From a virus (taxonomy: Duplodnaviria; Heunggongvirae; Uroviricota; Caudoviricetes): 64,000 nt of DNA. Shown here in pieces: positions 1 to 10,003 of the stretch (position 1 is the stretch's first letter; every line of letters starts with the position of its first letter). The notes under the pieces are model-generated. The model was given only the letters and a program-made list of their open reading frames with translations. It had not been told where the DNA came from and did not search any database. The DNA is taken from IMG/VR virus record IMGVR_UViG_3300042270_000314; one strand, given 5' to 3'. The position numbers were made by a program, and so were the translations under genes.

Positions 1-416
1 CGGATTTCCCTTTTTTGTTTTTGTGTGATTTTGATATCATCAGGGAAGAAAGAACCTCTAGAATAATAATGAGAAATAGCTAATAGTCTTTGCTCAAAAA
101 GAGAAAATGGAACATTAGGAAAATTCTCATAAAACACCCTAGCATTTTGAATAAGTTTCTTTGAAGTGATAGTTTCAAGAGCAGTTTGAAGATTATCAAA
201 AATCTGAGCAATTTGATAATCATCCATAGACATTAGATCATCAAACATCTGACGAGAGGGAATATAACCATATTCCATCATCATAGATGCAAATGTATGA
301 GCTACTTGAAAATCTGTTGGATTATAAAGATATGTTCGTTTTTGAGTGCGAAGATTTGTGATTGCAGGGCAAACTACCATTTTGTATTTAATAGCAGAAA
401 GAAATAGATCAGACAT
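1..416 (-). CDS. hypothetical protein (5'-partial at window edge; start ATG at 414-416)
   Basis: Open minus-strand frame running off the left edge; hand translation MSDLFLSAIKYKMVVCPAITNL...; no recognisable motif. Confidence 0.35.
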   Translation of the reverse strand, partial: MSDLFLSAIKYKMVVCPAITNLRTQKRTYLYNPTDFQVAHTFASMMMEYGYIPSRQMFDDLMSMDDYQIAQIFDNLQTALETITSKKLIQNARVFYENFPNVPFSLFEQRLLAISHYYSRGSFFPDDIKITQKQKREI

Positions 417-475
417 TTTTACCTCACAAAATTAAGAATGGAAATTGGGTAAAGTATTTTTTATTTCATAATTAA

Positions 476-651
476 TTAGAAGGAACTTTACCCATAGCCA
501 TATAAAATGTAGGAAAGCAGCAAAACTATTTTTATGTAGTGATCCTTAATAAGAAGGAAGTTTTACTATAGCCTACTGACATTAGGAAATTGAATTTACT
601 ATTTACAAATTAACGGTTTGTTCCTTTGGGAGGAAGTAAATTCATAGCCTA
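476..651. repeat. three direct repeats (~35 bp, ~70 bp period) of consensus aGGAAGt-ttaCyaTAGCC upstream of the 1..416 gene
   Basis: Copies at 476-512 (tagaaggaactttacccatagcc...), 548-585 (taagaaggaagttttactatagcc...) and 617-651 (tgggaggaagtaaattcatagcc...), all in the intergenic region. Confidence 0.5.
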
Positions 652-877
652 AAATTTAAAGATAAATTTCAATTTCACCTGGGTCATTAAGAACTACACA
701 TTCAATAGAATCATTTTCTTCCATGTTTTCAAGAGCTTTTTCATATGAATAATAGGGGAAACTCTCTGTTTCAGTTCTAACAATCCACATAGTGATCATT
801 TTTATTTTCCTGGTTTATTGTTTGTTGATAAATTATTTATAAGTTAGGTCAAAGAACATGTAAACAAATTATTTTTG

Positions 878-950
878 AGCGGTTAGTCGGAATTGAACCG
901 ACATCTCCAGTTTGGAAGACTGAGATAATAACCATTATATGATAACCGCT
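878..950 (-). tRNA. tRNA-Gly (anticodon UCC)
   Basis: Hand-folded cloverleaf from the reverse complement: acceptor AGCGGTT/AACCGCT, T-arm GTCGG-TTCAATT-CCGAC, anticodon loop CTTCCAA. Confidence 0.6.
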
Positions 951-952
951 TT

Positions 953-1027
953 TGGTCAGAGTGGGAAGAATCGAACTTCCACTACGTGCGTCCAAGGCAC
1001 GGATGCAACCACTACATTACACTCTGA
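953..1027 (-). tRNA. tRNA-Gln (anticodon UUG), CCA encoded
   Basis: Acceptor TCAGAGT/ACTCTGA, anticodon stem CGTGC/GCACG with loop CTTGGAC, T-arm GGAAG-TTCGATT-CTTCC. Confidence 0.65.
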
Positions 1028-1046
1028 TTGACCATCCATAAAAATT

Positions 1047-1124
1047 TGGTACCCCCGGTAGGATTCGAACCTACACTGTTCAGCTTCTAAGGCTGCTGTC
1101 TCCTTCCAGTTGGACTACAAGGGT
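1047..1124 (-). tRNA. class-I tRNA with anticodon UAG (would read CUA/Leu) but a short variable arm; CCA encoded
   Basis: Acceptor ACCCTTG/CGGGGGT (two G-U pairs), T-arm GTAGG-TTCGAAT-CCTAC, anticodon stem CAGC/GCTG with loop CTTAGAA; identity uncertain. Confidence 0.5.
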
Positions 1125-1128
1125 AAAT

Positions 1129-1204
1129 TGGTGTATCTAGTCAGGGTCGAACTGACATAATCCGGATTGAAAGTCCGGTGCACTAACCATTATGCTATAG
1201 ATAC
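1129..1204 (-). tRNA. tRNA-Glu (anticodon UUC), CCA encoded
   Basis: Acceptor GTATCTA/TAGATAC, anticodon stem CCGGA/TCCGG with loop CTTTCAA, T-arm CAGTTCGACCCTG. Confidence 0.65.
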
Positions 1205-1206
1205 AT

Positions 1207-1281
1207 TGGAGCCTCCACACGGAACTGACCCGTGAACTAGGGGTTACAAATCCCTCGTTTTTCCAGTTAAACTATAGAGGC
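1207..1281 (-). tRNA. tRNA-Thr (anticodon UGU), atypical T-loop
   Basis: Acceptor GCCTCTA/TGGAGGC, anticodon stem AGGG/CCCT (A-C mismatch at 31-39) with loop TTTGTAA, T-arm CACGG-GTCAGTT-CCGTG. Confidence 0.45.
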
Positions 1282-1287
1282 GTAATA

Positions 1288-1345
1288 AGTAGAAAATACT
1301 GGCCTACGTCCAGTAGCGTTTTAGACTTCCACCGCTTATATTTCT
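1288..1345. other. tRNA-like or hairpin element (terminal 7-bp stem GTAGAAA/TTTCTAC around CTGG-CCTACGT-CCAG); too short for a canonical tRNA
   Basis: Perfect terminal inverted repeat plus an internal hairpin, directly abutting the tRNA cluster. Confidence 0.3.
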
Positions 1346-1565
1346 ACTAGATTTGTGTTTTTCTTCTATATACCTCGTATTCTTTTAAATACTTATTCAT
1401 ATACCTTTTGACTTGTGTATGGGAACAATTTCATAATTTGGAAACTTTATCTACCCAACCATATTTCGTCAAATCTATTCCAGATTTATCTAATAGTTCT
1501 CTTCTTTCGATTATTAAATTATTATTAAAGTTCCCTAATTTTAGAACTGTAGCTTTATCATGTAT

Positions 1566-2342
1566 TCATGTTATTGTGTGTTTTAAAATTTTTATTTTTT
1601 CTTTTTTGATATTTCTATTTCTATGAACGTCAGATTCAACACAACTATTTAAATCTATTCCCAATCTTTCTAATTGTTTCTTTTGTAAAATGCGTATTTT
1701 TTTATCTCTATTATATTGTATAACGTACTTCATTTTCTCTTTATCTGAATTCATGAATCATCCTTTAACTTCATGGTATTCATCCAAATCAGGTAAATAA
1801 AAATCTGGAAAGTAGTGTCTTTCTATTTTATTAAAATATTTTAATATGTATTTTCTTGAATGGACCCACTTTATATTTTGTTTATTAAGATATTCTGCAT
1901 ACTTAAACTCCCATGTACCTTGTACATTAACATAATCTTCTATATAGGGACAATATATTTTATAATATTTTGTTTTAACAAATCCAGAATTTGAAGATTC
2001 TTCTAGATTTTTTATTCTACCTTTTGAAATAGATTCTCTATGTTCTTTAGAGAGGTGTTTTCCTTTTAGTGGGTGTTTTATTTCTCCCGCATTATATCTT
2101 TTTATATATGTTTCTGCACCTTTAGCAACTCTTTCATCTGTTTCTTTTGTTAAACCCTTATTTCATTCTCTTTTTCCATCAAGTTGAGAATAACTTCTTT
2201 TGCCTTCTCTGTGTTCTCTTTTTAACGAGATTGATTTCTTTTTTCTATAATTAGGACATTGTGAAAATTTTTTTGAGCAACATCATTTTCCATTTTTAAA
2301 TTTATATTTAGCTTCTTGGCCGCACCCATATTCACATTTCAT
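1566..2342 (-). CDS. homing-endonuclease-like protein: N-terminal Cys zinc finger, NUMOD3-like motif (KGKHLSKEHRESISKG) and C-terminal nuclease-like region; 3 in-frame TGA
   Basis: Track ORF 1566..1754 extends upstream through TGA codons to ATG 2340-2342 (MKCEYGCGQEAKYKFKNGKW*CCSKKFSQCPNYRKK...EYHEVKGW*FMNSDKEK...); no TAA/TAG over 258 codons. Confidence 0.5.
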
Positions 2343-2421
2343 AATAGATATATTCTCCTTTGTTTGAACCTAAATATCTATTTATATTTTTAAAAAAGTA
2401 AATTGCGTTTCAACTAAAATG

Positions 2422-2508
2422 TGGCCCCGGTAGGGTTCGAACCTACACGCAGTTTTTTCCTGCCGAAAATTTTGAGTTTTCGTTGTCTTCCTATTCCAGC
2501 ACGAGGCC
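2422..2508 (-). tRNA. tRNA-Leu (anticodon CAA), class II with long variable arm
   Basis: Acceptor GGCCTCG/CGGGGCC, anticodon stem CGAAAA/TTTTCG with loop CTCAAAA, variable stem GCAG/CTGC, T-arm GTAGG-TTCGAAC-CCTAC. Confidence 0.65.
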
Positions 2509-2551
2509 ATATCTACTTCTTATCAAGGATTAACCATGTTGTAAACAAAAA

Positions 2552-2758
2552 CTATTCTCCAACTTCTTCACAGAATGGAATCTGTTCCCATTCAATTGCT
2601 GAAATATCTTCAGCCCTTACTGAGCAATTCTCAAACTGTAAAATCTTTGCTTTACCAGAATACCAATTATCATAAAGTTCAAAATATGTATCTTCATCAT
2701 ATTCTGCAGTAAGAATGTAACCATTTTTGAGATAAAGATCAACAGTATTCTTAGACAT
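2552..2758 (-). CDS. hypothetical small protein (likely starts at the MSKNTVDLY methionine, preceded by AGGAGA)
   Basis: Track ORF 2552..2788; internal ATG with a good RBS, so the start was adjusted. Confidence 0.4.
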   Translation of the reverse strand: MSKNTVDLYLKNGYILTAEYDEDTYFELYDNWYSGKAKILQFENCSVRAEDISAIEWEQIPFCEEVGE

Positions 2759-2797
2759 TATACTCTCCTTTAAACAGATTGTAAACAAAAAACTTTT

Positions 2798-2873
2798 TGG
2801 TGGAGCCAGGGAGACTTGAACTCCTAACCCCCTGCGTGCAAGGCAGGTGCTCTCCCAGTTGAGCTATGGCCCC
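2798..2873 (-). tRNA. tRNA-Ala (anticodon UGC), G3:U70 present, CCA encoded
   Basis: GGGGCCATAGCTCAACTGGGAGAGCACCTGCCTTGCACGCAGG...: canonical D-arm, anticodon loop CTTGCAC, acceptor GGGGCCA/TGGCTCC. Confidence 0.8.
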
Positions 2874-2880
2874 ATGTTTT

Positions 2881-2954
2881 TGCTCCGGGAGTAGGGGTTG
2901 AACCTACGACCGAGCGGTTAACAGCCGCTTGCTCTGCCACTGAGCTATCCCGGA
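2881..2954 (-). tRNA. tRNA-Asn (anticodon GUU)
   Basis: TCCGGGATAGCTCAGTGGCAGAGCAAGCGGCTGTTAACCGCT...: anticodon stem AGCGG/CCGCT with loop CTGTTAA, T-arm GTAGG-TTCAACC-CCTAC. Confidence 0.8.
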
Positions 2955-2964
2955 ATATTCAATA

Positions 2965-3372
2965 TTAAATTTTTAAAGGGCACCATTCAGGTACTTCTTT
3001 AGGTTCTTCGCTTTCATATTCTACATAACCAGTAATAAGTTTATTATTAACTGTGCATGTATAATCATACGCACACCCAGCATTAACTGTTACAGATTTT
3101 TTAACTTTAGGACACTGAAGACAACTTTCGACTTCCAATTTGATAGTGGTCATACCCTCATTTCTCCATTCGTAAATGTGGCCCATACACTTTAAGTATC
3201 CCCTATATGTTCCAGATAAAAACCACTTTGGAACAGTATGTGCTTTCAATTTTCTATATATACCATTCTCATCTACAACATACTCAAAAAATATTGTTAG
3301 GTTAGTATCATCTGTCTTTTCAATTACGCCGGTATGAAAAATTTTAACACCGTCCACATACAATATCAACAT
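2965..3372 (-). CDS. hypothetical protein (135 aa)
   Basis: Track ORF; no TGA interruption; Cys-containing. Confidence 0.45.
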   Translation of the reverse strand: MLILYVDGVKIFHTGVIEKTDDTNLTIFFEYVVDENGIYRKLKAHTVPKWFLSGTYRGYLKCMGHIYEWRNEGMTTIKLEVESCLQCPKVKKSVTVNAGCAYDYTCTVNNKLITGYVEYESEEPKEVPEWCPLKI

Positions 3373-3383
3373 ATTTTTTCCTC

Positions 3384-3602
3384 TTACTGATCCATTACCA
3401 TTTCAGTTTTTGCAGTAACATAGATCTCACCAGACTTAGATTTAATAGTAATATGGGATTTTGATACCTTAGTAACAATCCCGTGATAGAGAAAGTCAGA
3501 TGCACCTTTGTGCTTGCCTTTGTAAAACTTTACTTCATCACCTTTCTTAATCTTTTTGACTTCTGGGTCGATTTCTTCAAGCAAATATCTTTTTAAGTTC
3601 AT
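3384..3602 (-). CDS. hypothetical small basic protein (72 aa)
   Basis: Track ORF; a GTTTAC-N16-TATAAA sigma70-like promoter lies ~55 nt upstream (3650-3690, minus orientation). Confidence 0.45.
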   Translation of the reverse strand: MNLKRYLLEEIDPEVKKIKKGDEVKFYKGKHKGASDFLYHGIVTKVSKSHITIKSKSGEIYVTAKTEMVMDQ

Positions 3603-4167
3603 TAAGCCTATCCTTTAGTTTGTTTGAATAAAAATATATTTATAATAAACATAATTAATTGTAAACAAAAAATTTCTAATAACCGCAACTTCCATTATAA
3701 TGCTCCCACTCTTCTGCCTCTTCGCGCTTTCTTCTTTCCTCTAAAGATTCAGTGGGTTCATAGTCTTCATCCAAAAATTCATTCTTTTCCTGTTCTGCAC
3801 TTGTTAGCCATTTCTTATACATGATTATTCCTCTTCAAAAAATTTTTGTTTAAATTTGCGGCACTTTCTACGATCCTTTTCACGTTTCTTATCTTCATGT
3901 GCAACTGAGGGATTACGCATACAATGTCTTTGTTTAACCTTTACATCAAGAATACCATTTTCAAAAATTTCTTCGAAGAGTGCAGGATTAATTTTTCCCA
4001 TTTCTAAATCCTATTTAACTTTAGGGGTAGGTTTAAAATCTCTATTTCCAAAAATATATTGAACATAATTCAAAGGAAAAGACACTTTTCTATCTTTAAT
4101 AGAAAGAATAGCTTTATTGGATTTTGCTCTAAAAGAAATCTTCATAAACAAGCCCCTTATTTTTTTA

Positions 4168-4584
4168 TCTATTTTTAATAAATTTATAAAACAAACCAAA
4201 AAACATGTAAATCATAATTAATGGTGAAGGAAAAAATAATTTAATTTTATGACCTGTTCTTTCTAAAAATTCTTCTTTTGAAAGGGCCTCCCTAGTAAAA
4301 TTATCAAATCAATAACCATTAGCATAACCTACGGCGTGGCCTCCGCCAGATCGAGTTTTTGCAAAATATATTCTATATCTATGTAATATAAAAACATTTA
4401 AAATAAATGTAAATATATTTTTGTTACATGCATATCAAATAGATGTAAGAGCAAAATCTTCACAATCTCCGACCATAACATCTGATTTTTTCATAATATA
4501 CCATAAATCTGCAATGTAAATCTTTGGATCTTTCATATACTGAAATCTTTTACCTACAAAAGATACCGCATCCCTAATATTCAT
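4168..4584 (-). CDS. putative transglutaminase-like/permuted-papain cysteine peptidase (Cys..His motifs GDCEDFA and GGHAV), hydrophobic C-terminus; 2 in-frame TGA
   Basis: Hand translation MNIRDAVSFVGKRF...VMVGDCEDFALTSIW*YACNK...SGGGHAVGYANGYW*FDNF...; missed by the track because of TGA. Confidence 0.35.
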
Positions 4585-5905
4585 TTTTAATCTCCTCCAA
4601 ATGATTCTTAAGAAAATTTAAAATATCTTCTTTATCATTTGTAATTTTATTATCATATACCATTTCCAAAGTAAACCTAAGAATATCCCCAATAATCTTT
4701 CCAGGTTTAAGATCAAATGTTTCAATTAAATCATTACCATTAATCTTAAGATCTTTAATAGAGAAAACTGAATCCTCTTTCCCAGTAAAAAGATTTTCAT
4801 ATTTCAAAAGAATATTCTTAATCTCAGAATACTTGAAATTTGGTTTATTGAAATTACCTGCTCTATCTGCACACTTTAACCTGGTATGAGACCTGTAATT
4901 TATACCACTTTCATTAAGCTCTCTAACAAGCTTTCTAATACTCTTCTCTTTACCATAATTGTTTCTCATATGATAACGAATATATGCTTTAATTTTATTT
5001 ATATCATCATTTGAGAATTTAAGGGATTTTAATTCCTTTTCTACACCATATTCCCCAGTTTTTTCATGCCCGTGAAAAGATCTTTCAACAGGGTCATAAG
5101 CTTTAACTTTCCCAATATCATGAAGATATCCAGCAAGTTTAAGAATATAACATCTAGTAGATAGATAATCACCGGCAGTCATCATATGAGTAAACAGATC
5201 TTCAGCATGATGAGGTCCACCATCATGCTCCCAACATTTATCTAAAGTAGGAAAAATATACTGAAGCAACCTCATGTCATGAAGAGCAATAAAAAAATTA
5301 GAAGCATTCTTAATCTTCATCGCTTTGATGATTTCTTGTGAAATCCTCTCTTTTGCAATGTTATTGAACAGCCCATGTGAATTGCGAATTGCTTCTAAAG
5401 TATTATTATGGATGGCCCCCTGAAGCTTTGCAGCAAAACGAGCCGCTCTAATCATTCTATTTGGGTCTTCATTAATACGTTTATAAGGATCACCAACAAA
5501 ACGAATTCGCCGCATTTTAATATCATCAATCCCACCAAAAGGATCAATAATCTTACCGGTTTTGGCACATTGAGCCAAAGCATTTATAGTAAGATCACGA
5601 CGTGAAAGGTCTTCTTCAATAGTTTCGGCATATTCAATTTTACAATTCTTGTCTGAACCACCAAAGTAATGATCCCTACGATAAGTAGCAACCTCAATAC
5701 CATTAACAATAAGAACCTTGAAGGTTTCGCCAACAAAGTCAATTTTATCTCCAGCAAAAATAATTGCTAATTCATGGGGCTTGGCGTTAGTTGCCAAATC
5801 AATGTCTTCAGATTTGATACCCATAATAGAGTCTCTTACAAAACCACCAACATAGTAACACTCAAATCCAGTATTGATTATTTTTTGAACAATATATTTG
5901 TGCAT
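4574..5905 (-). CDS. cca: tRNA nucleotidyltransferase (CCA-adding enzyme) with HD domain
   Basis: Pol-beta nucleotidyltransferase motifs GGFVRDSIMG...DIDLAT and RRDLTINA, plus HD motif LHDIGK; most tRNAs here lack an encoded CCA. Confidence 0.8.
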   Translation of the reverse strand: MHKYIVQKIINTGFECYYVGGFVRDSIMGIKSEDIDLATNAKPHELAIIFAGDKIDFVGETFKVLIVNGIEVATYRRDHYFGGSDKNCKIEYAETIEEDLSRRDLTINALAQCAKTGKIIDPFGGIDDIKMRRIRFVGDPYKRINEDPNRMIRAARFAAKLQGAIHNNTLEAIRNSHGLFNNIAKERISQEIIKAMKIKNASNFFIALHDMRLLQYIFPTLDKCWEHDGGPHHAEDLFTHMMTAGDYLSTRCYILKLAGYLHDIGKVKAYDPVERSFHGHEKTGEYGVEKELKSLKFSNDDINKIKAYIRYHMRNNYGKEKSIRKLVRELNESGINYRSHTRLKCADRAGNFNKPNFKYSEIKNILLKYENLFTGKEDSVFSIKDLKINGNDLIETFDLKPGKIIGDILRFTLEMVYDNKITNDKEDILNFLKNHLEEIKNEY

Positions 5906-5946
5906 GTCTATCTCCTTGACAATTAATACATAAACAATATTAAAAT

Positions 5947-6498
5947 TTATGTCAAGACCTTATTTTTTAAAGCCGTTTGCAAAACATCTTCATATTCATC
6001 AGCATTTGCGAATCCTTCAAATTTTTCCCAATCCAAAAAACTTGGTTTAGTTTCTGGATCATTCAGATCAACACCATATTTAGCGGTATATATATGTACA
6101 TATTTTCTTAAATGTAGCCATCCCCTCAAGGAATAACCACTTGTTAAAACATCCAAACCCATTACCGCAGCATATTTAAAAAGTTCTTCAAGAAGTCTTT
6201 TTCCTATACCAAAACCAAAATAACCTTTTCTAACAGAACAAAAACTTATCCAATTTTTCCAACCGGGATATGCATAACAACCTCTATCACCAACAAACAA
6301 TTTTGCAACACCAACAAGATCATCGCCATCATATGCACAAAAAAATCTTGTTCCTTCGTAATGGGCCTCGCCGTTTAAATTGAAATATTTAATCTCTTCC
6401 GATAACTCTTCTAATTTAACATAGGGGTCATCAAGATTATAATCAACCAAAAGTTCATACAAATCATCAACAGTAAGTGTCTTGTAAGAAATGTTCAT
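5947..6498 (-). CDS. GNAT-family N-acetyltransferase (putative)
   Basis: Motif A-like SVRKGYFGFGIGKRLLEELFKYA. Confidence 0.45.
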   Translation of the reverse strand: MNISYKTLTVDDLYELLVDYNLDDPYVKLEELSEEIKYFNLNGEAHYEGTRFFCAYDGDDLVGVAKLFVGDRGCYAYPGWKNWISFCSVRKGYFGFGIGKRLLEELFKYAAVMGLDVLTSGYSLRGWLHLRKYVHIYTAKYGVDLNDPETKPSFLDWEKFEGFANADEYEDVLQTALKNKVLT

Positions 6499-6499
6499 A

Positions 6500-6565
6500 A
6501 ATTATACATCCTTGGCTAATTGTTTCGTTAAAACAAAATTAACAAATTCAGCCAAGGATGTACAC
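6500..6565. terminator. 13-bp inverted repeat TACATCCTTGGCT...AGCCAAGGATGTA (long loop) between convergently arranged minus-strand genes
   Basis: Seen directly at 6503-6563. Confidence 0.35.
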
Positions 6566-6599
6566 TATTATTTTTAGAATTTTACTTTAGTTCGTTTTG

Positions 6600-6997
6600 G
6601 AGTAGATGTGGTCCTTAATTTTTTGTTTACAATAGTTTAAATTGTAGTCCTCACCGTCTGAAGATCAAATTTTTATTAAATAAAATCCTCTATTTATAGC
6701 ATGAGCAGTCTTTTTCATATCTTTGTGATACACGGTATTAGAATCTTCTTTTGAGAACGGAGATTTCCACATATCCCATTTTTCTTTGTCTTCTTTTAAC
6801 CACTTCGGGTTTGGATGAAAGGCTTCCCCATTATATTCTATAATGATTTTGAATTTTGGAATAGTGAAATCGTAAAAATATATTTCTTGATCCCGTATAA
6901 ACCACTCCGTACTTCCCTTTATTCCCACATAAATTTCATCAAATGTACAAATTTCTTCTTCTAACAACCAATCCATTAATGGAAAGAACACATTCAT
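6600..6997 (-). CDS. Vsr/DUF559-like endonuclease-domain protein (IIEYNGEAFH motif); 1 in-frame TGA; possibly the nuclease module of the upstream Zn-finger/repeat gene
   Basis: Track ORF 6665..6997 continues through TGA at 6665 to TAA (...YLIKIW*SSDGEDYNLNYCKQKIKDHIYSKTN). Confidence 0.45.
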
Positions 6998-7042
6998 TGA
7001 TTCCTTTGATGCATCATTAAAGTTTACTTGTGATTTTTCTAT

Positions 7043-7891
7043 TCATAAAAAGTATTTTTCTTTACCTTCCTTCTCACCATACTTATCTATGAAAAAATTT
7101 AGATCATGTGAACACCCATCACAGTACTTTTTATATTTTTCTTTCCCTACTAACTCACCATATCTTTTAATAAAATTCTCTTGTGTGTTTCCATAACTTT
7201 TACAATTTTTATTGTATAATTCTGTTCCTTTATCTTCACCATATTTGTTAATATAGTACTCAAGATTCCCATTGCCTTTAGTGTTTTTGGATATATTTTC
7301 ACATCTTTTATTATATAAGTTCTCCCCTTCTTCTCCATATCTGGCAATAAAGGACTCCTTAGAGGTTGAAGATTTTTTACAAATTTCTATATATTTTTTA
7401 GTCCCTTCTTCTTCACCAAGTTTTTCAATGTGGTATTCAAGAGTGCCTTTCCCTTTACGAGATTTAGATACTTTTTTAGAGAATGAATTGAACTTTTCAG
7501 TTCCCTCTTCTTCTCCATATTTTTTAATATAATTTTCTAAAGACGCCCCACTTCTTCCTTTAGTAGATTTAGAAATATTTTTCTTCCTTTGAGAATATAA
7601 CCTAGTTCCCTCTTCTTTACCATATCTAATTTCGTAGAACTCTAGTGTGGATACTCTAGTGTTATTACATATTTTACAAATTTTTTTATATTCAAATTTC
7701 TTTGAATCAAATTCTGTAAAATTTTCACAATTACTCATTAAACAAACATTTTCATTATTTTTTAAAATAAAAGTGTCATAATACTCTTTTAATGTAATAT
7801 TATGACACTTTTTAATATGGCGCAAAAGACCAACTTTTGTTAATAGTTGTTTACCACACATAACACATAGTAAATGCTCTTCTTTAAACAT
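7043..7891 (-). CDS. Zn-finger protein with ~7 tandem ~25-aa YG(E/K)EEG...Y repeats (homing-endonuclease-like DNA-binding repeat protein)
   Basis: N-terminal CxxC..HxxxCH finger, then repeats RYGKEEGTRLY, KKYGEEEGTEKF, EKLGEEEGTKKY, ARYGEEGENLY, NKYGEDKGTELY, KRYGELVGKEKY, DKYGEKEGKEKY. Confidence 0.5.
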   Translation of the reverse strand: MFKEEHLLCVMCGKQLLTKVGLLRHIKKCHNITLKEYYDTFILKNNENVCLMSNCENFTEFDSKKFEYKKICKICNNTRVSTLEFYEIRYGKEEGTRLYSQRKKNISKSTKGRSGASLENYIKKYGEEEGTEKFNSFSKKVSKSRKGKGTLEYHIEKLGEEEGTKKYIEICKKSSTSKESFIARYGEEGENLYNKRCENISKNTKGNGNLEYYINKYGEDKGTELYNKNCKSYGNTQENFIKRYGELVGKEKYKKYCDGCSHDLNFFIDKYGEKEGKEKYFL

Positions 7892-7922
7892 AGTAGCAAC
7901 CTCATCTTAAAATTTTATATTA

Positions 7923-7983
7923 GGTTAGATGATTTAGATGAGGTTAAATCATCAACTCTGGCCGGAGCTGTCCCTAATATTAT
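7923..7983. terminator. hairpin (TTAGATGATTTA...TAAATCATCAA) followed by GC-rich motif CTGGCCGGAGCTGTCC downstream of nrdD; the same motif class recurs at 29177-29222
   Basis: Inverted repeat and GC motif seen directly; both copies lie just upstream of endonuclease-like genes. Confidence 0.4.
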
Positions 7984-7991
7984 ATAACTAT

Positions 7992-9989
7992 TTATACTTT
8001 AGCAAAAGTTCTTCGTGGAAACTCCCATTCTCTTCTTACTTTATTCATAGAAGAAACTGGAACAAAAAATCCGACAACTCTGCTAAACTTATCAATAATT
8101 TCTCCATTACAAATGGGACATATTTCTAAATCCCCAAAACTCATATGCCCATTTTCACATTTACTATAGATAGAATTTAATGCAAAATGCTCACATCCAG
8201 ATTTTACTGCGTAGTTAATTATCTCCTTGGCTTGTGTTTTTGTTATTTTTTCGCCCAACTGTGCATGTACTAAAGACCCACCAGTAATCAATTTATTATA
8301 TTTACCATCAATATCAAGTTTTTCCCAAACAGTTGCATCTTCCCACAATGGTAAAAATTGATTAGCATATAGTTTACATGGAACAAGCTCTTCGCCAAAA
8401 AGTAATTTATCTACATTACATAGTCTTACTGCATATGATTCACCAGGGATTTGTTCAATGTTGAATACATAACCCTCACCATTTGTAGAAAATTCTTTAG
8501 ACTTCTTATTTAGATGTATTAAAGATTGTTCTATAATATCATACTCTATATTAAATTTTCTCTCCATTGTTTTTTGACATTCTACTAATCCCATAATTCC
8601 AAATGTAGAAAAGAGCCTTTTTACATTTATCCACCCATTAGATATAAACTTTTGTAGGCCCTTGTTAGCCAACATTACAATAAGAGTTTTATGGGCTTTC
8701 AAAATATCCCTACTATCTTCAATTCTTTGGTTATATATCTTCCAAAAATCTTCAACAGATTTGGCTTCCAATGCAATGCGATTAAAGTTGATTGTTGCAA
8801 CTCTATGAGAACCTAAAGAAGATAGCGCGCCAGATCCAAAAGAGTTTGATTGCGTTCCCATATCAAATAATTCATTATCATTTACAAGGCGGCAACAACT
8901 GGCTATTTTTGTTCCCTCAGATAGAAAAATATTATATCTAAAAATATCCCTAGACGTAACATTTTCAAGAAAATCAACATCTTTAATCTTTTCATCATCT
9001 TTACTAAAATTTAATGTAATAACTGGGAATCTATATGGAGTACCATTGTTTAATGGATCTCCTTTATCAAAGAAATCAAGAAAGATGTTTTGAATCTCAT
9101 ATATATAATCTGTCATATATGAATAAAAATCATCTTTACTCCCTTCCCAAGTATCAGGAATAGGAAACATCCATTCAACTTCTTGTGAGACAAAATATTT
9201 CAATTTAACTTTATCAAAAATTGAAATATTCGTAAATGGACTTTCTGAAGAATTCCTTGAAAGGTGGTTTACAGAATGTACAAATTGTTGAAACTCATTT
9301 TCAAAATGTTTTCTACATTTGGGGTCATATAAGTTTTCAATTTTTAAATCCATATTATAGTATGCAAGTTTAGATACACATAGAAAAAAATCCCCAATAG
9401 CGCACGCGCCAGCCAAATTTGTAGCAAAATTATGTACTGTCTCACATAGTGCAGAAATGTATGAACTAATTCTTTTTGCAGGGCCTGATGGTAATTGTCC
9501 AAATTCTCTACCGATAGTTAATAACTTACTTGAATCCATTGCCCAGCAATAGGGAAGAAGAATGTTTGTAGAATCAGATAGACCAATAGAATAATCATAC
9601 ATATTAGAAGCAAGACGTTTTGCTCGAGCCTTGCCATACATTTCTTTCATTGTTCTATATAGATAATCAAATCCCACAACCTTTTTAATTGGTGCTATTG
9701 CTTCAGCATAAATACCAGCAATTGTTTTTTCATTTTTGTTAGAGTTATCATCAATAGAAACATCATTTAGTTGTTCGGAAATAACCTTTTCAATTACATG
9801 AATGAAATTAAAATGGTTAAAATCAATGCCATTTTTCTCAAGAATTTTCTCAGTAACTTCGTTATATCAATCATTATCTTTATCTGGAAACTTACGTTTG
9901 ATATTTGCCTTAAGTCCTTTAGCAATTTGTTTAATTGTTACTGTAGTATCTGCTTCGTTATAAAATGTTTGAGAAAAATTAAATTCCAT
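7992..9989 (-). CDS. nrdD: anaerobic ribonucleoside-triphosphate reductase NrdD (class III RNR); 1 in-frame TGA
   Basis: Track ORF 7992..9677 extends upstream through TGA to ATG 9987-9989 (MEFNFSQTFYNEADTTV...DKDNDW*YNEV...); C-terminal Zn ribbon CPICNG and glycyl-radical region SRVVGFFVPVSS. Confidence 0.85.
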
Positions 9990-10003
9990 ATAATAAACGC
10001 TCC

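Noticed and set aside
2755-2790. TATAAT immediately upstream of the 2552..2758 gene as a -10 element paired with GTTTACA
   Set aside because: The TATAAT overlaps the start codon (TATAATG) and lies right after the AGGAGA RBS. It is therefore part of the translation-initiation region rather than a -10 box. The GTTTACA may still be a -35 for a different -10.
6600-7891. Merging 7043..7891 and 6600..6997 into one gene
   Set aside because: They are separated by a stop and ~45 nt. Domain logic (fingers plus repeats, then a Vsr-like nuclease, as in 46043..47536) suggests an ancestral single gene, but without a frameshift site they are reported separately.
7992-9989. Group I intron in nrdD (as in T4 sunY/nrdD)
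   Set aside because: The nrdD frame is continuous from ATG 9989 to the stop at 7992, with one TGA. No intron-like insertion is present in it.
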